DNA of 64,000 nt from Cenococcum geophilum (lineage: Eukaryota), in NCBI GenBank assembly GCA_050273025.1, contig CP158636.1, positions 5,890,001-5,954,000 on the forward strand, written 5' to 3'. A program made the translations under genes and the position numbers. This document shows, one piece after another, positions 10,901-23,759 of this stretch; position 1 is the first letter of the stretch; every line of letters begins with the position of its first letter. The notes beneath the pieces were generated by a model. The model worked only from the letters and a program-made list of their open reading frames with translations, was not told the DNA's origin and ran no database searches.

Positions 10901-13900
10901 GACCTAGCAGCGGTATAGATCTAGGACGGTAGAGACAGCAGTCAGTTAAGACAGCAAGGACGAAATAGCTAGACGGGATAGCGGCAGCAGCGGCGGTGGC
11001 AGGACGGTCAATCAAGATAGCAGAGACTCCGGCTTGGTTTAATTGTTCGGTTAGCCTTTTAATATTAAGACTCTGCATCTAGCTCTGCCTCGGTCTGCCT
11101 TAGTCTACATTATACACGACTTCTTAGTTAGGCTCTATCCGTGGCTTTACATCAGGCCCTACATCTAGCTGTACATCTGGCTGTGCATCTGGCCGTGCAT
11201 TAGTAGCTCTACATTCCATATTCTGCGTCCATGTCTACGTGCGTGCCTATATACCTACGTTAACTACTAGCCAAAGACTATCTAATTAGTCGGCGACAAC
11301 GTGCTGCAACTAATCATTCGGTCATTTAATTAAGGTAGAAAGTCGGCCCAGTTAAAGGCTCTGCTTGTCCTGATTTAAATGCGGAGACGGCGTTCAGCTG
11401 ATCAAGATTTAATAAGGCCCCGGCTTGACTTAAGGTGTCTTCTACTACATGTACGACTGGGGCTTTGCATCCGTAGACAGTTGATCAAAGCTTCCGTGTA
11501 GACGTACGTCGGTTAAGGCTCCGCATCTATCATCGATTAAGGCTCCGCATCTGTCGTCAATCAAGGCTTCGCATATATCGGCGTCCAGTTAAGCTGCCGT
11601 ACTATTATCCAATCAAGGCTCTGCACCTGTATGCTCCATATCCACAGACTCCCTATATAACTCCGTGTGAGACTCCATATAAAGCTCCGTATCTATATCT
11701 ACAGGAAAGATCATTCTAGTTAACCAATCCGTAAGCGTCGAGACGGGCGGCAATTAATCAATAAGGGGGGGACAGCCAAGGGAAGAGGCTCTCGCAGAGG
11801 CTCCAAAACGTTAATTAACCATATTTCCGACGTTCTTCCGGCCGTATACTAGTTTCCTAATTAGGTCTAGTGCCTGCGTGCCCGTGTGCCTGCGGTGATG
11901 CATCTTTAACTGCCAATCAAAGACGTCTAATGGCGACGGTAACTGATTCAATTTAACTATGACAACGTACAATCAACTGACGTTTAAATAAGGTATTAGG
12001 TCGGCCCGACCGAAGGCTCTAATTTAACAACTTGACTATAGAGGCAGCGTTCAACTACTCAGGATTTAACTAAGGCTTTAGCTTGACTTAAGGCGTCTTC
12101 TACTATACGTACGACCTGGGCTCTGCATCTGTAGGCCCTATATCTGCAGACAATCGATCGGGACTCTAGCTGTATAGTCGTTCTATTAAAGCTTCTATAT
12201 CCATGCAGTTGATTAAGGCTTCGCATTATATAATCAAGGCTCTCGGCATCCACTAGACGTCCAATCTAGAGACCTGTCTTAAGACTTCCTCCTTTACGAG
12301 CACTAACGGTAGCTTCCTCTGAACCACTACAACAGGCCTAGCGCTTTTATAGGACGTCCCTAACAGCTGCTTTCTTCCTTTCCTAAACCATCCTTACTCT
12401 TAGCTTCTTCAGTGCATCCTTAGGCTTTTTACGGCTGCTTCTTTATTCCCGCTACTAGCAGTACGCTCGCGTATCCTTAATCTTCTTCTAGCTTAAGAAC
12501 CTTCTAGGGACTATCTTCTGCTTCCAGTCTCTTTGTCATCCGGTGGCAGCTTCTCAGCTACTATAACTACCTCCATCGCATATCCCTTACCCTTACGTCC
12601 ATAATACAGTCCTTTCATCAAGACAATCTCTAAGAAGTGCTGGCTCCTATACATCCAATTCCTGTTTCCCTTATAATCCTCGACAAGGTCCTTTACTAGC
12701 TTAACCAGATACGGCTTTATCCTGTCTTTAGTCGCATAAAAATGGCTTAAGCACGCGGTACTTTATCACTGATATTATGCTGCTGCCTTTGTATAAGTCC
12801 CTTCCTTATCGCGGTATCCGTTCTTATCGTGCAGCCAGTGCAGTACTAAATTCAGGTAGCAGGGCAGAGCTGCAATTAGCTGTCGTTCAAATAAGGAATA
12901 AAGTCGGCCCGGTCGAAGGCTCTAATTTGACGACATTCGACTGATTCGATTCAGTGACGGCGACGTGCTGATATTGAGGCTCTTGCTTGATTCGATCCTT
13001 TGACTGACCATAGCTTCTGTGCGGTTATTCGAGACCAAGGCTTCCGTACAGTCGTTCGATCAAGGCTCTGCGTATAGCTCTGCATCTGGCTCATATAATC
13101 GGCTCTGTATCCGTGCAATCAATTGAGGCTCTTGGTGCCGTTCTCGTCGTACAGCTGGCGCATCATCGAATTCTAGGGGCGGTGTAGAGTTCTGCCGGTT
13201 CTACTGCTGAATAGACCAATTAGGATTTTCCATCCCCGGGATAGAAAATTGCTATTGGCTTAGTAACAGGCGGTAAGCTAAGCTAACATCCTTACAGCAG
13301 TAGGTCGTCGTGACTAACGCGTCCTAACACGTTGCGATTAAGAAAGTAAATAAGGGAGCTTTAGGAAATACAGTAATTAAGCAGAAAAATAGAAATCTTT
13401 TTACGGCCATCACCTACGTCCCCTCCCCCACCTTAGAACTTAACTGTCCCCTAGTTAAACATCCTACCCCTTAGCAGAGCCTATTGCGGAGCTTACTACG
13501 GAGCCTAGTTACACAGTCATCTCTAAGGTCGCGGCCAAGGGTTAGACAATCCATCTATAGGTACCACTTAATAATAGTCTTCCCTAGCTTTAGCTACCTT
13601 ATCCGTAGGCCGTAACCTAATCTAGACGTAATCTCCTGGTCGTATATTGTTCTTCTACGGCTTTATAGCTGTCCTAGTTACACGGCTATCTTTAAGGGTC
13701 AGGTAATTCTAATAGTAGTCCCCTAAGTTCATACTTTTCTCATCACTGATCTTTAGCGCTGCTCTATCATGAAAGGCCCGCTACTGCGTCTATTCTTTCT
13801 TCGGTCTGTCTAGGTCTACTCCTTAGTACATACAGAGCCAGTTCTTAATACCTTTTAGTTGTCCTTTATTGCCGAGCCACGGTAGTTCAGGTCCAGGCCG

Positions 13901-14248
13901 TTCGCGTATCCTAGCTACTAGTCTTCCTTAATTAGACAGGTGTACAAGTCCTTGCTAAATAAGATCCTTTAAACCTTAACATTCATACTTAGTGAAACGG
14001 TGACTTCCTCCGCACCTAAAACAGGTCTGCCGGCCTTGTCCTCGCGTACCTTGCTGACCTCGTACGTTCTACTGTGGCTGTCTAAAGGCAGTAGAATCTT
14101 GTGGATATTGAGAGCCCTGCGGAGGTCGACAGTCTTACGGATATTGAAAATTGTGCGGATATCGAAAGTCTTGCGGAGCAAAGGGAGCTCGGGCGCTGTT
14201 CTGCCAGTCTTTGTGTCCTGGTGCTGGCTTGTATCCTTATGCTAGGCC

Positions 14249-14962
14249 TTAAACTGCAGCCTGATCTATAGCGGGTGACTGCTGCTGCATTAGGGCTCCT
14301 CTATATACACCTAAGTCTAGAAGCCTTCCTTCTCTCCTGGGGTCGAGCCCATCCCTTTGCTGCCGTAGCTCCTGTATAAGCTGGATATTCAGGGCGTCTT
14401 CTTCCGGAAGGACATCTATTCGCTTGGCGCCCTCTACAGCCACTATCCTTGACTCTACGGCCTCCTTCAGTCTTTCAAAAATAAGGGTTCTAGGCTCGTC
14501 TGCTACGGCCCCTGTCTTTTCTATTGCGTGCCTGCGGTATTCAATCGGGAGTCCTCGTACAAACCATTGCCCCTTCTCTTGCTTAGTAAGGTTTCCTACG
14601 GCTACTGCTTTGGCTGAGATAGTAGTGAAGTCCTGTATATAGTGACGTAATTCGCCTAGCTGCTCCGCTGACTTCCTAATAAATGCTTCCACAAAATCTC
14701 TTATCTCCATGCGTCGGTAGTAGTCCTCAGCTCAATATTCGGCTCAGAGTTTAGTCACCAGTCGGCTCCAGTCGTCCTATTTAAATTCCGGCATCATCTG
14801 AATGACTTCCGCGTACGCGTCCTCGCAATAGTCAGGGAAACACGCGAGCCTGCGGTCTTTACCTACGTAGTACCTTCAATATATGCCCTTATAGTCCTTA
14901 ATAAACCTAGAGATATTCTTTCCGTTAAACCGTGGAACCCCTTACCCAAAAGGATCTGGCAT
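14249..14962 (-). pseudogene. gag: gag-like ORF remnant of element F
   Basis: Reads MPDPFG*GVPRFNGKNISRFIKDY...FPDYC...DDWSRL...EDYYRRMEIRDFVEAFIRKS and includes the 153-aa ORF 14249-14710. The PxFxGxNIxxF pattern resembles fungal Gypsy capsids. Confidence 0.6.
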
Positions 14963-17900
14963 TGCTACCGTTAGAACAAACACGTAGCGTACTTCCCTTG
15001 CTGCCTAAACAGGTAAATGCTACGGCTGATCTACTTGCATTGCTGCTTGGGGTAAGGGTGTCCTAGATAACTATCCTAGTATTAGTTTATACTTAGTAAA
15101 AGAAGTATAGGCTTCGGTTCCTTCTAAATGCTTCTTAACGCCTAGAGGTCGGTCTTCCTAGGAGAGCACAGAATTACCATCTTCTACTACTGCCGGGTCT
15201 CAATACGTCCGTCTGTTTTAGCCTGCCGTTGCTCCGCGCGGTAGGGTACTACTAAGCCTCGGGCTTCTACTTATATCTACGTCTTTATGGAACGCCTCTA
15301 TAGCCACCACTAATACAATCCAAATAACTTAAAAGAAGATAAAGCTGAGCCAGAATAGGAAGCTTTTAAGGACAGATCCAATCTCATATGCTTGCGGCCT
15401 TTCTTAGTATTCTCTCTTCTGTTCCTAAAGGGTAGCGCTAACTTCCTTCGCCGCCAAATACCTTAGATCTTGTTGGCCCTTAGCTACTTGTCGTCTCTGC
15501 ATCTTTAATAAAGCTCTGGCCATGCTCGTGCGCGGGTAGTAGAAATATCGGGTAATTCCAACCGGTCAAAGTCGTCTAATTGGCTCGCCTGTTTGCTGGA
15601 CGTCCTTACACGTAACTTTCCAAGACCTTTGCCACTCCTTTTTGCCACTCTTTAGCCTGTGCGTTAAGTCTAATGTCCGTCTTTTCCGCTATCTTTCTGT
15701 TTAGGGACTACCTGGTTCCCCTTACTGTCCGATACTGCCTGGTTCTCTGTTTTCGTCTTATCTATCTAGCTGGCGGTTCTTCTGCAGCTGGTTATTCTTC
15801 TACAGCTGGTATGTTCCTGCGCGTATATAGTTATATGTAGAGTGCCAGACTTTTAATCCAAAGAGCTTGCCGTTGTCCCTACGTGGAATGCCATAAAATA
15901 TGTGGGAGGGTACGACCACTCTCAGATAGGAAAGTCACAGTGCTGTCTGTCTGTCGGTCGGTCGGTCGGTCGGTCGGTCAGTCAGTCGTAATCAATTAGT
16001 AGGAAAGCAGTCAGTAAGAAGAAAGGAAAGAATGTATTCCCGGTCGGTCGTGGTAGAGAGAAGGAGAGAAGCCGAAGGCTCGATATATACAGGAAAATGC
16101 CAAGGCACTAAGCAGTGGCCCATTTTACCCCACCATACTAGTCCGTTAGGGCCAGCGGTATTATTAATAGCTTTTACGGCCATCTATAAAGCTAGTTCCT
16201 TTTAGATATCCTTATACTTATCTATAATAATCTAATAAGCTCTTTATAGAGCTGGGTAAGCTTACTTAATAAGCCTAATGGATTAATACGCCTTAACTGG
16301 AATAGCTTTTGTTAATATAGCTATGGCCATAGTATACTACTAGAATTCCTTACTAATAAAGTTCTTACTAGCGTTGTGGGTAATATACTTAGGAGGTCTA
16401 ATATACGTGTTAATCTAGTAGGTCCGTAAAATATCCTAAGTATGCTTTATAAATATATTTTACAACTAACAGGCGGCTTAGTAGTGGGTTGCCTTATTAA
16501 TTATATATAATACTAGGCTACCGTTAATATACATAATGTCTACGTATACTAAGTGGTTAAAGTTAAGGTCCTTATAAAGGGTAAACTTAAATTAGCCTAG
16601 GGAACGTCCGTATTTCTAGCAAAAGGAGTAGTATTTAGTTAGGTAATTAACTGCCTTTTTATTAACGTTGTTGTGTCTAGAGTGTTTAAGGACTCTATAT
16701 AGCCTTTTAGCTAATAGGTGGCCGAAATGGCGGTATAGACGGTGGATCTCCGTACTAGTAAGGTAGTATGGGTTATAGTTAAAAGATTCCTAAATATAGG
16801 TTTATAAAGTCTCTCCCTATATAAGGAACGGGTGTCTAAATTGTTGTATAATTAGTAGGGTAATATACTTACTTCCTGGGGCAGTTGTAGGGCCGATTAA
16901 GGTGTCCGTAATATTATTATAGTAAACCTATAACCTATTTATGTCCGTAAGGTAAAGTAAGAAAGGGGTGTTTGCTTTTACTATATAGAAGTTAACTAGG
17001 CTAATTGGGGTCTTAACTGTAACTAATTTAATTAATGCAGTTAAGCTAATGCCGAATTAGACGTTTATGGCCCTAGTTTGCGTAATATTAATATCCGTAT
17101 TGTTATTTGCGGTGGTCCTATATACGAGGTATTGTCCGTAGCCTATAGTAGACTTCTTAGAGGCGCCTATGTTGATTATAATACCGTAGAATTCCTTGGG
17201 GGTATAGTGTTCTGTAGTAATATATGCAAATGGGTCCTGCTTATAATCTATAACGTTTATAATAGGGGTGCTTATAGAATGGTTTTTGGGCGTAACTAAG
17301 TGTATAAAGGAACGGTCGGCTAATATAGTTGTAATATTAAAGGCTTGGCTGTCTGTAAAAGGTCTAAAAGTAGTTAGGAATGTTTCTGGGGTCTCTTATT
17401 TCTAGTTATTTAAGTTAAAGTTAATTATAAGGGCTTCTATTAACTTATTAGGGGGCTCCTTTTCTTCCTTTTCTTTGTATTCTAAGATAAACTGGCTAAT
17501 CCGTTTATTAAATCTCTTCTTAGACCTATTACGTTCTTTTTAGGTATGCCTTATAGACTAATATCCTTCCTTGCTATATACGAAGCATTTTTAGCTTATT
17601 TGTCTATAGGGGTATGCTTTTATATGGGAGTTGCTATGGGGGTTATGGGTAGGACTTAGTTAGTATAGGTGCTGCTAGCGGTAACGGCGGTCTATAAAGT
17701 GGACGTCTAAGTCTGTCTACGGATATTAAATATCCGTAGCGAAGGCTTAAGTACTGCTTAGTGGGTTTAAGACTTTGTACGTTATAATAAAGGAGCGTAG
17801 GTTATTAATAAGGCTAGCTAAGGTGTTTATAGGCTTATAATAGGCGTATTTATAGGGCTCTACTTCCTAGCAAGCTGTAATAAGTTTATTATATAGGAAG

Positions 17901-19609
17901 TCGTCTATTTAAAGCTTGGCGTTAAGGCCGTGCTATAGGTGCTAGAGGTCTTTAATAAGGATTTATAGACACTCTATAGTCGATTTTTTGGTATTCTTAT
18001 TAATTACGGTCCGTAGCTTGGTTGCATTCTATTAGGTAAGGATATTACGCTTATATTTTAGTTCTTTAAAGTAGTTACGGGTAGCTTTATATAGCTTATT
18101 AAAGGGGATACTAAGGGGGTTGCTCTTAAGGTTAGTATAATAGTAGTTAAGTACTAGGCCGCGTAGTATAGTAGAGTAGGCTTAGCTAAACTCTTATTTA
18201 GAAATATTAGCCTTCTAGCAGAGGTCTATAAAGATAGTTAGTTTAAAGTTAAAATTATTATTTTCACCGCTATACTTAGATTTGTTGGTATAGAGCTTAG
18301 CTAGGTTAGCTAGCTCCTTACTATAGGTCTTTACTTAGGTGGGTTATAGATCTATAACTTGCGGATTTATAGCTTGCGGATATATGGCTTATAGATCTGT
18401 AACTTAAATAGCGGGGGTAATTTAGTCCGTATTTTGGTTTATAGGGGTATTATAATCCGTAACTTAAGAGTAGGGTATATTTTAGCTAATAAGGTTAAGT
18501 CTAAAGCCGCTTAGGTTTATAGGACGAATTTGGTTAAGTAGGTTAGGTATAAGGCTAGCAATTATATTAAGTTTAAAAGAAGTAAAGAGTTCCTTAGTTT
18601 CTTGGAACTAGTCTAGGATTTTCTCTTTAGTCCATTCCGTTTGGTCCTTCTTATATATTATGTTATATAAGGACTATATAATAGTGACTTATTTATTCCT
18701 TTTAACCTATATACCTTAGTTACGTAAAAGGGTTTATAGTTTACGGATAGTAATAGGGTTATAGGCCTTAAGAATAGCTTCTGTAAAGTCCGTAAAGTCT
18801 TCCTAGTATTACTCCTACAGGTTATTATTTATAAGCTTAAAGTATTTATATTTAAGGATTTTAAAACTAATATAGTTGTTAACGTTGTTTATAGACGTAA
18901 TGTTAACTCCTTATCTTTACTTTTTTTAACCTTCGCTGACTTACTTGCTGATGTCTGCTATACTATAGTATAGTATAGTGCGTAGTAGGTGGTAGCAGCT
19001 TATAAAAGGTGGGGGAGGTCTTATAACGGTCCGTAAAATCAATTAATAGGTCTATAATGGTTTGTAGGAGGGTAGGGGGTTTCCGTAAAAGGTCTAAAAA
19101 GGTTTAAGGTTTAAGGGGGTTAAGAATAGGGGTTCCGTATAGGTCTATATTTATATTTATAACTTCTAGTAAACCGTACTAAGACTTAAATAAGTATATA
19201 GAGTTAGAGATAAGTCCGTAATCCCCGACTTCCAACCTTTTAGTAGGTCGTACTAGGAGTTTAAATAGGTGGTCGCTGTTGTATATATCGCTTAGGGGGA
19301 GGTATTAAGTAATTGCTAATCTATGCGCGCTTACTGATTAGTGTTTATACTAACTTAATAGTATAAGTGAGTTGTATCTACGGGCACGAAATACATATAG
19401 TATTATATACTTATTTAGATAGTAACTGTCAATTATATAAAGCAGACTACGTAGTCTATATACTAATACACCTCCCCCCTAATTAGTTAGTGCTTTATAA
19501 GTGCACCAGACGCGTAAGCGAGTGGTTGGTGCACTAAACGCGTAAACGCGTACCTGGTATACCGAACGCGTAAGCACGCGTTTGGTATAACAGGTGCTGT
19601 AATTATACA

Positions 19610-22600
19610 TCTATATAAAGATTTATTAATATCTTTATTCTTTCCTTAGCTATACTACTTATTTTCTTTACTTATTTTAGTAATAATGATATTCTTAGCT
19701 TGTATCTATAATTTACCTTAAATAGTAATATGCCTATTCCTTCTTGTGGTGTCGCGTTATATATAAACTATATAACTAGTAATAGCAATACCTAATTATT
19801 CTATGCATAGTTAATATAATGTCTTAGATACTATTCTAGCGTTTAATTTAATCTTTCTATTTAACCATCTGTCTGTAGATAATATGCGGTAGAAGTTACT
19901 ACTCTAACTCCCTACTCTGCTAAGAATACCTTCTAAAATACTACTATAAATCTTAGATCTCTATCTAATATAATCTTACTTAGTGCTCTATATCTTATAA
20001 ATACTTCTTTAATATAGATTCTAGCAATATCTTCCGCTAAGATTTCTTCTGTACATACTATAAAGTAGCCCTATTTAGTTAACTTATTTACTATTACTAG
20101 GATTATATTATACTCTTATCTAGTAATAGGGTTTTTTCACTTTAGTAACTTAACAATAAAGTCCCATAATATAACCTCCTATGGTCTCTGTCGGAACATT
20201 AATCACGTGACGTAGTCACGGGACTACGAAGCGAGACTAACTGTCTGACCTTGGAGCAACCCCTTTCTTCTAGACAACAATCAACTACCAACTTCAACAC
20301 CGCATACGTACCACTACAAGTGATATTCGTGCACGTTGATAAAGAGAGTTATACCGACAGTCTCTTTAGTATTTTAATAGGTTATAGCCCTCTATATAGC
20401 TTATACCTTATTAGTTTATTCCTTTAGTAATTTAGACACTCTTTTATTACTTTTCTTGCAATATTTTAGATTTTATTAATAATATATTCCTCCTAAAGTC
20501 TTAACACTAAGCTTATTACTCCGTTGTGTCCTTAAGTTATTCCCTTATAGAAGTCTTTTATAAAATACTCTACTATACTCTTTAGGATATACTTCACTTT
20601 TTAATTTTTGTATATATCTATCTATAAATCTTTTAGCTATACTTTTAGAATTATTTATACCTAAAAGCTTTCTAGTATCTTATAGACTCTTTTTAGTTTA
20701 TTATCCTCTTAAGTTGCTACTAGTTTAGGGTAATTATATCTAATCCATCTATCCTTATCTCTACGTAGCATTACTTCTAATAGCTTTTTGTTATTCTATA
20801 ATTTAGCTTTTCTACTAAGTACATCTGCCCTTATATTTTTAGTTCCTTTAATATACTAAATCTTAAAATAGTATTCTGTAAGTATTTCTACCCATCTAAC
20901 TTATCTGCGATTAAGTTCTTTTATTATTAGGAACCCCGTTAGGTTCTTATAATCCGTCTTAACTATAAATAATTTTTCTACGCCTTATAAGAATGCTCTT
21001 TATTCCTTAAGTGCTGCAACTATACCTAACAACTCTTTGTTATAGACGTTATAGTTTAACTTTAGTAGTGTTATCTTTCTACTATAGTATAATACTGGGT
21101 GCTATATATCCTTATGCTTTTATAGCAAGTATACTTCTAGCGCGTAGTTTAATATATCCATTTCTACAACCGTGTCTAGTCCTAGTTAGTAGATCTTAAG
21201 GATTGGCTCCTAGGTAAACAACTCCTTAAGTTTCTTAAATAACTTCTTTTATTTGTCTCTCTATGCCTATAGTTTTTTCTTTCTTTATAAGCCTGGTAAA
21301 TGGTTTAATATTCTTTAACTATTATGCTATAAACCTTCTATAGTAGTTGCAAAACCCTAAAAATAACCTTAACTATATTATATTCTCTAGTTCTTGCTAA
21401 CTTACTATAGCTTTAATTTTCTTTAGGTCTATACTAATATAACCTAATTTAATAATAAATCTAATAAAATCGGTCTTCTTTATAAAGAACTCGTATTTCT
21501 TAATTGCTACTAGCATCTACTCTTCTTATAGTCTCTTTAAAACCTATTTAACGTATTCCTCGTACTCTTCCTTAGTTATTAAGTAGATAATAATATCGTT
21601 AAGGTATGCCATAATAAACTTATTAAGGTGTTCTCCTAATATACTATTAATTCTCTTTTAGAATATTATAGGTGTATTTATTAATCTAAATTGCATTACT
21701 AATAGCTTATATAGTCCTTCTCTTAACCTAAAGGCTACTTTCTATTTATTGCCTTCCTTAATTCTAATCTAATAGTACGCCCATCTTTAATCTATCTTTA
21801 TAAAAATTTGCGCATTACCTATCTGGTTCTAAATTTCGCTAATTAAGGGTAAAGGATACCTATCCTTTTAAGTGATGCTATTTAACTATCTATAGTTAAT
21901 GTATAGCCTAAGTTTTTCGTTTTTCTTTAGTATAAATAGTACTAGATAACCTACTAATAACTGTAATGGTCTAATATATCTCTTTTATAAGTTCTCTTAG
22001 ATAAACTCTTTAAGTGCTCTAGACTCTTCTTTAGTAAGCTTATAGGTTAGAAAGAACCTTAGACTTATTCCTAGTTCTAACTTTATCTTATAGTCCTATG
22101 CTATATAATCTACTAGCTTTTTACTTTCTAGACTCTATAGTTTCTTGCTATATTTATGGTATCTTTTTAGTATATAACTTAAGCTTTGCTTAGTCTCTTT
22201 ATATATTGCTCCTACTTAGTACTATACTAACTTAGTTTATTATCGCATCTTACGGCGTTAAGTATCCTTAATATTAACTTAACCTATAATCCAATTAATC
22301 CTTAGGTTAACATCTCCGAGGTCTATATACTCCTAGTAAGCTGCCTTTATTGCCTCGTTATTACAGAATGTTTTGCCTATATTAAATTTATCATCCTTAA
22401 TGTCCAATCTATAAACTGGTTCGTTAGTTCCTCTAAACTCTAATAATTTTAGCTCCTATAGCCAATAGCTTACGCTATACTTAGCGTCTTTATAAATTTG
22501 GTATACGTTATTATAACAAAATATAAAACTATTAATTAAACACTCTTTTATTCCTTATAGTATACTATTATCCCTCTATACGTGTGTGTTATCTACTAGT

Positions 22601-23690
22601 CTTATTCCTTTTACTATATAGTAACTCTAACTACTTCTATAGTCTTTAATATAGTAACCCTATTTTCCGCAATTTATATAAGCTCCTTCTTTAAACTATT
22701 TTTCTTACTATAGAGTCCGCCTAAACGTCTTCTGCTACTAAAATCCCTAATTTAGCCTTTGCTTCTTAGACCTTTAATTACTTAATCCTTATCCTCTAGG
22801 TTTTTATAGTCATTTATTCTATTTCTTATTTTCTTTAATACTACTTAGGTCCATTAGCTCTACGCCATACTATAATTTTTAACTTTAACTTTATTATTGC
22901 GTGCCCTACGCCTTATATAACTATAGAACTCTATTCTAACCCTTCTTAGTTTACTCTCTTTAGTAGATCCTATTATTAATCTTAATTACTTAATTAATTA
23001 ACTCCCTAAGAGTATCCGTATCTTCTATTAGGATAATTATATCTTAGACTTTTGCCTTAAGTCCTTACTTATACTGTGCTATAAGCACTTTATTATTCCA
23101 TTTAACCTATATTACTAACATTTAAAACTACGTCGTGTACTTAATTACTAAAGTTCTTTATACTAGGTTTTGAAGCTTTTTTTCTACCGTTATAGTTACC
23201 TCTAGGTCTCTAAATATTTACGTTAATTATTCTGCGAACCTATTCCAACTTATAAATATATATTATACCTCCTAATTAGTAGTCGTTATACCGTGCTCTT
23301 ATACCTCTATAAGGTAAGGCTTAAACTACTTAAGTGCCCTTCCCGTTAAGAATAATCCTACGTAAGCGACTTAATTTATAGGCGTTCCTAGTTTAACTCC
23401 TTCCTATATAACCTTAAAGTGCATTTATATAAGGAATCCTTTAAGCTTTAACTTCTCTTCTAAGAATCGCTTAATTAAGGGTAACTTAACCTTAGCCGCT
23501 CTAATCCCGTTAATACTTTCTTTAAGTATCCTATTATTATCTATTAATTAATTAACTATTTCCTATAGCTATCCAACAGTAACTAGTTACGAGTTAGTAT
23601 CTACTATACTAGTGTTATTACCTAATCCTAAAGTAGTCGCCGCTGTTAACGCTATCATAGCTACTGCTTTTAGTGGTATATTATTTAACT
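19610..23690 (-). pseudogene. gag-pol: gag-pol of element C (gag, zinc knuckle, RT, RNase H, integrase), RIP-degraded
   Basis: CxNCGKxGHxxKDC near 22635-22680; RT AYL(D)DI at ~21593-21610; RNase H and integrase motifs follow in Gypsy order. Confidence 0.85.
20189..20359. mobile_element. 171-bp solo LTR of an unrelated family, inserted in the C integrase
   Basis: Termini TGTCGG...CCGACA; perfect TSD GTCTC (20184-20188 / 20360-20364). Confidence 0.9.
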
Positions 23691-23759
23691 TCTTTTACTG
23701 TAACCTTAGTAGTAAATATATAATAAAGCCTTATAGTAGGAACTACGGTAAACTTATTA

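Larger units (their letters stand above)
10019..16137 (-). mobile_element. Non-autonomous Gypsy-like LTR element F (gag-like ORF, no recognisable RT or integrase); LTRs 10019-10275 and 15901-16137
   Basis: Near-identical LTRs TGT(G/A)GG...CCATA; 4-bp TSD CTAG (10015-10018 / 16138-16141); PPT at 10276-10290; higher GC than the flanks. Confidence 0.88.
7132..19609 (-). mobile_element. Ty1/Copia element D (GalEa-like), full length, LTRs 7132-7399 and 19342-19609; interrupted by F
   Basis: Two 268-bp direct repeats TGTT...TA(C/T)A with TSD TCTAT (7127-7131 / 19610-19614). Domain order gag-PR-IN-RT-RH on the - strand, parallel to Copia A2/E. Confidence 0.95.

Noticed and set aside
10782..11078. 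98-aa ORF as a host gene or small secreted protein
   Set aside because: It lies in low-complexity repeats inside element F; the Leu/Cys richness comes from the microsatellite.
11040..13150. CRISPR-like array
   Set aside because: The repeats are degenerate with irregular spacing, sit in a eukaryotic transposon, and have no cas genes nearby.
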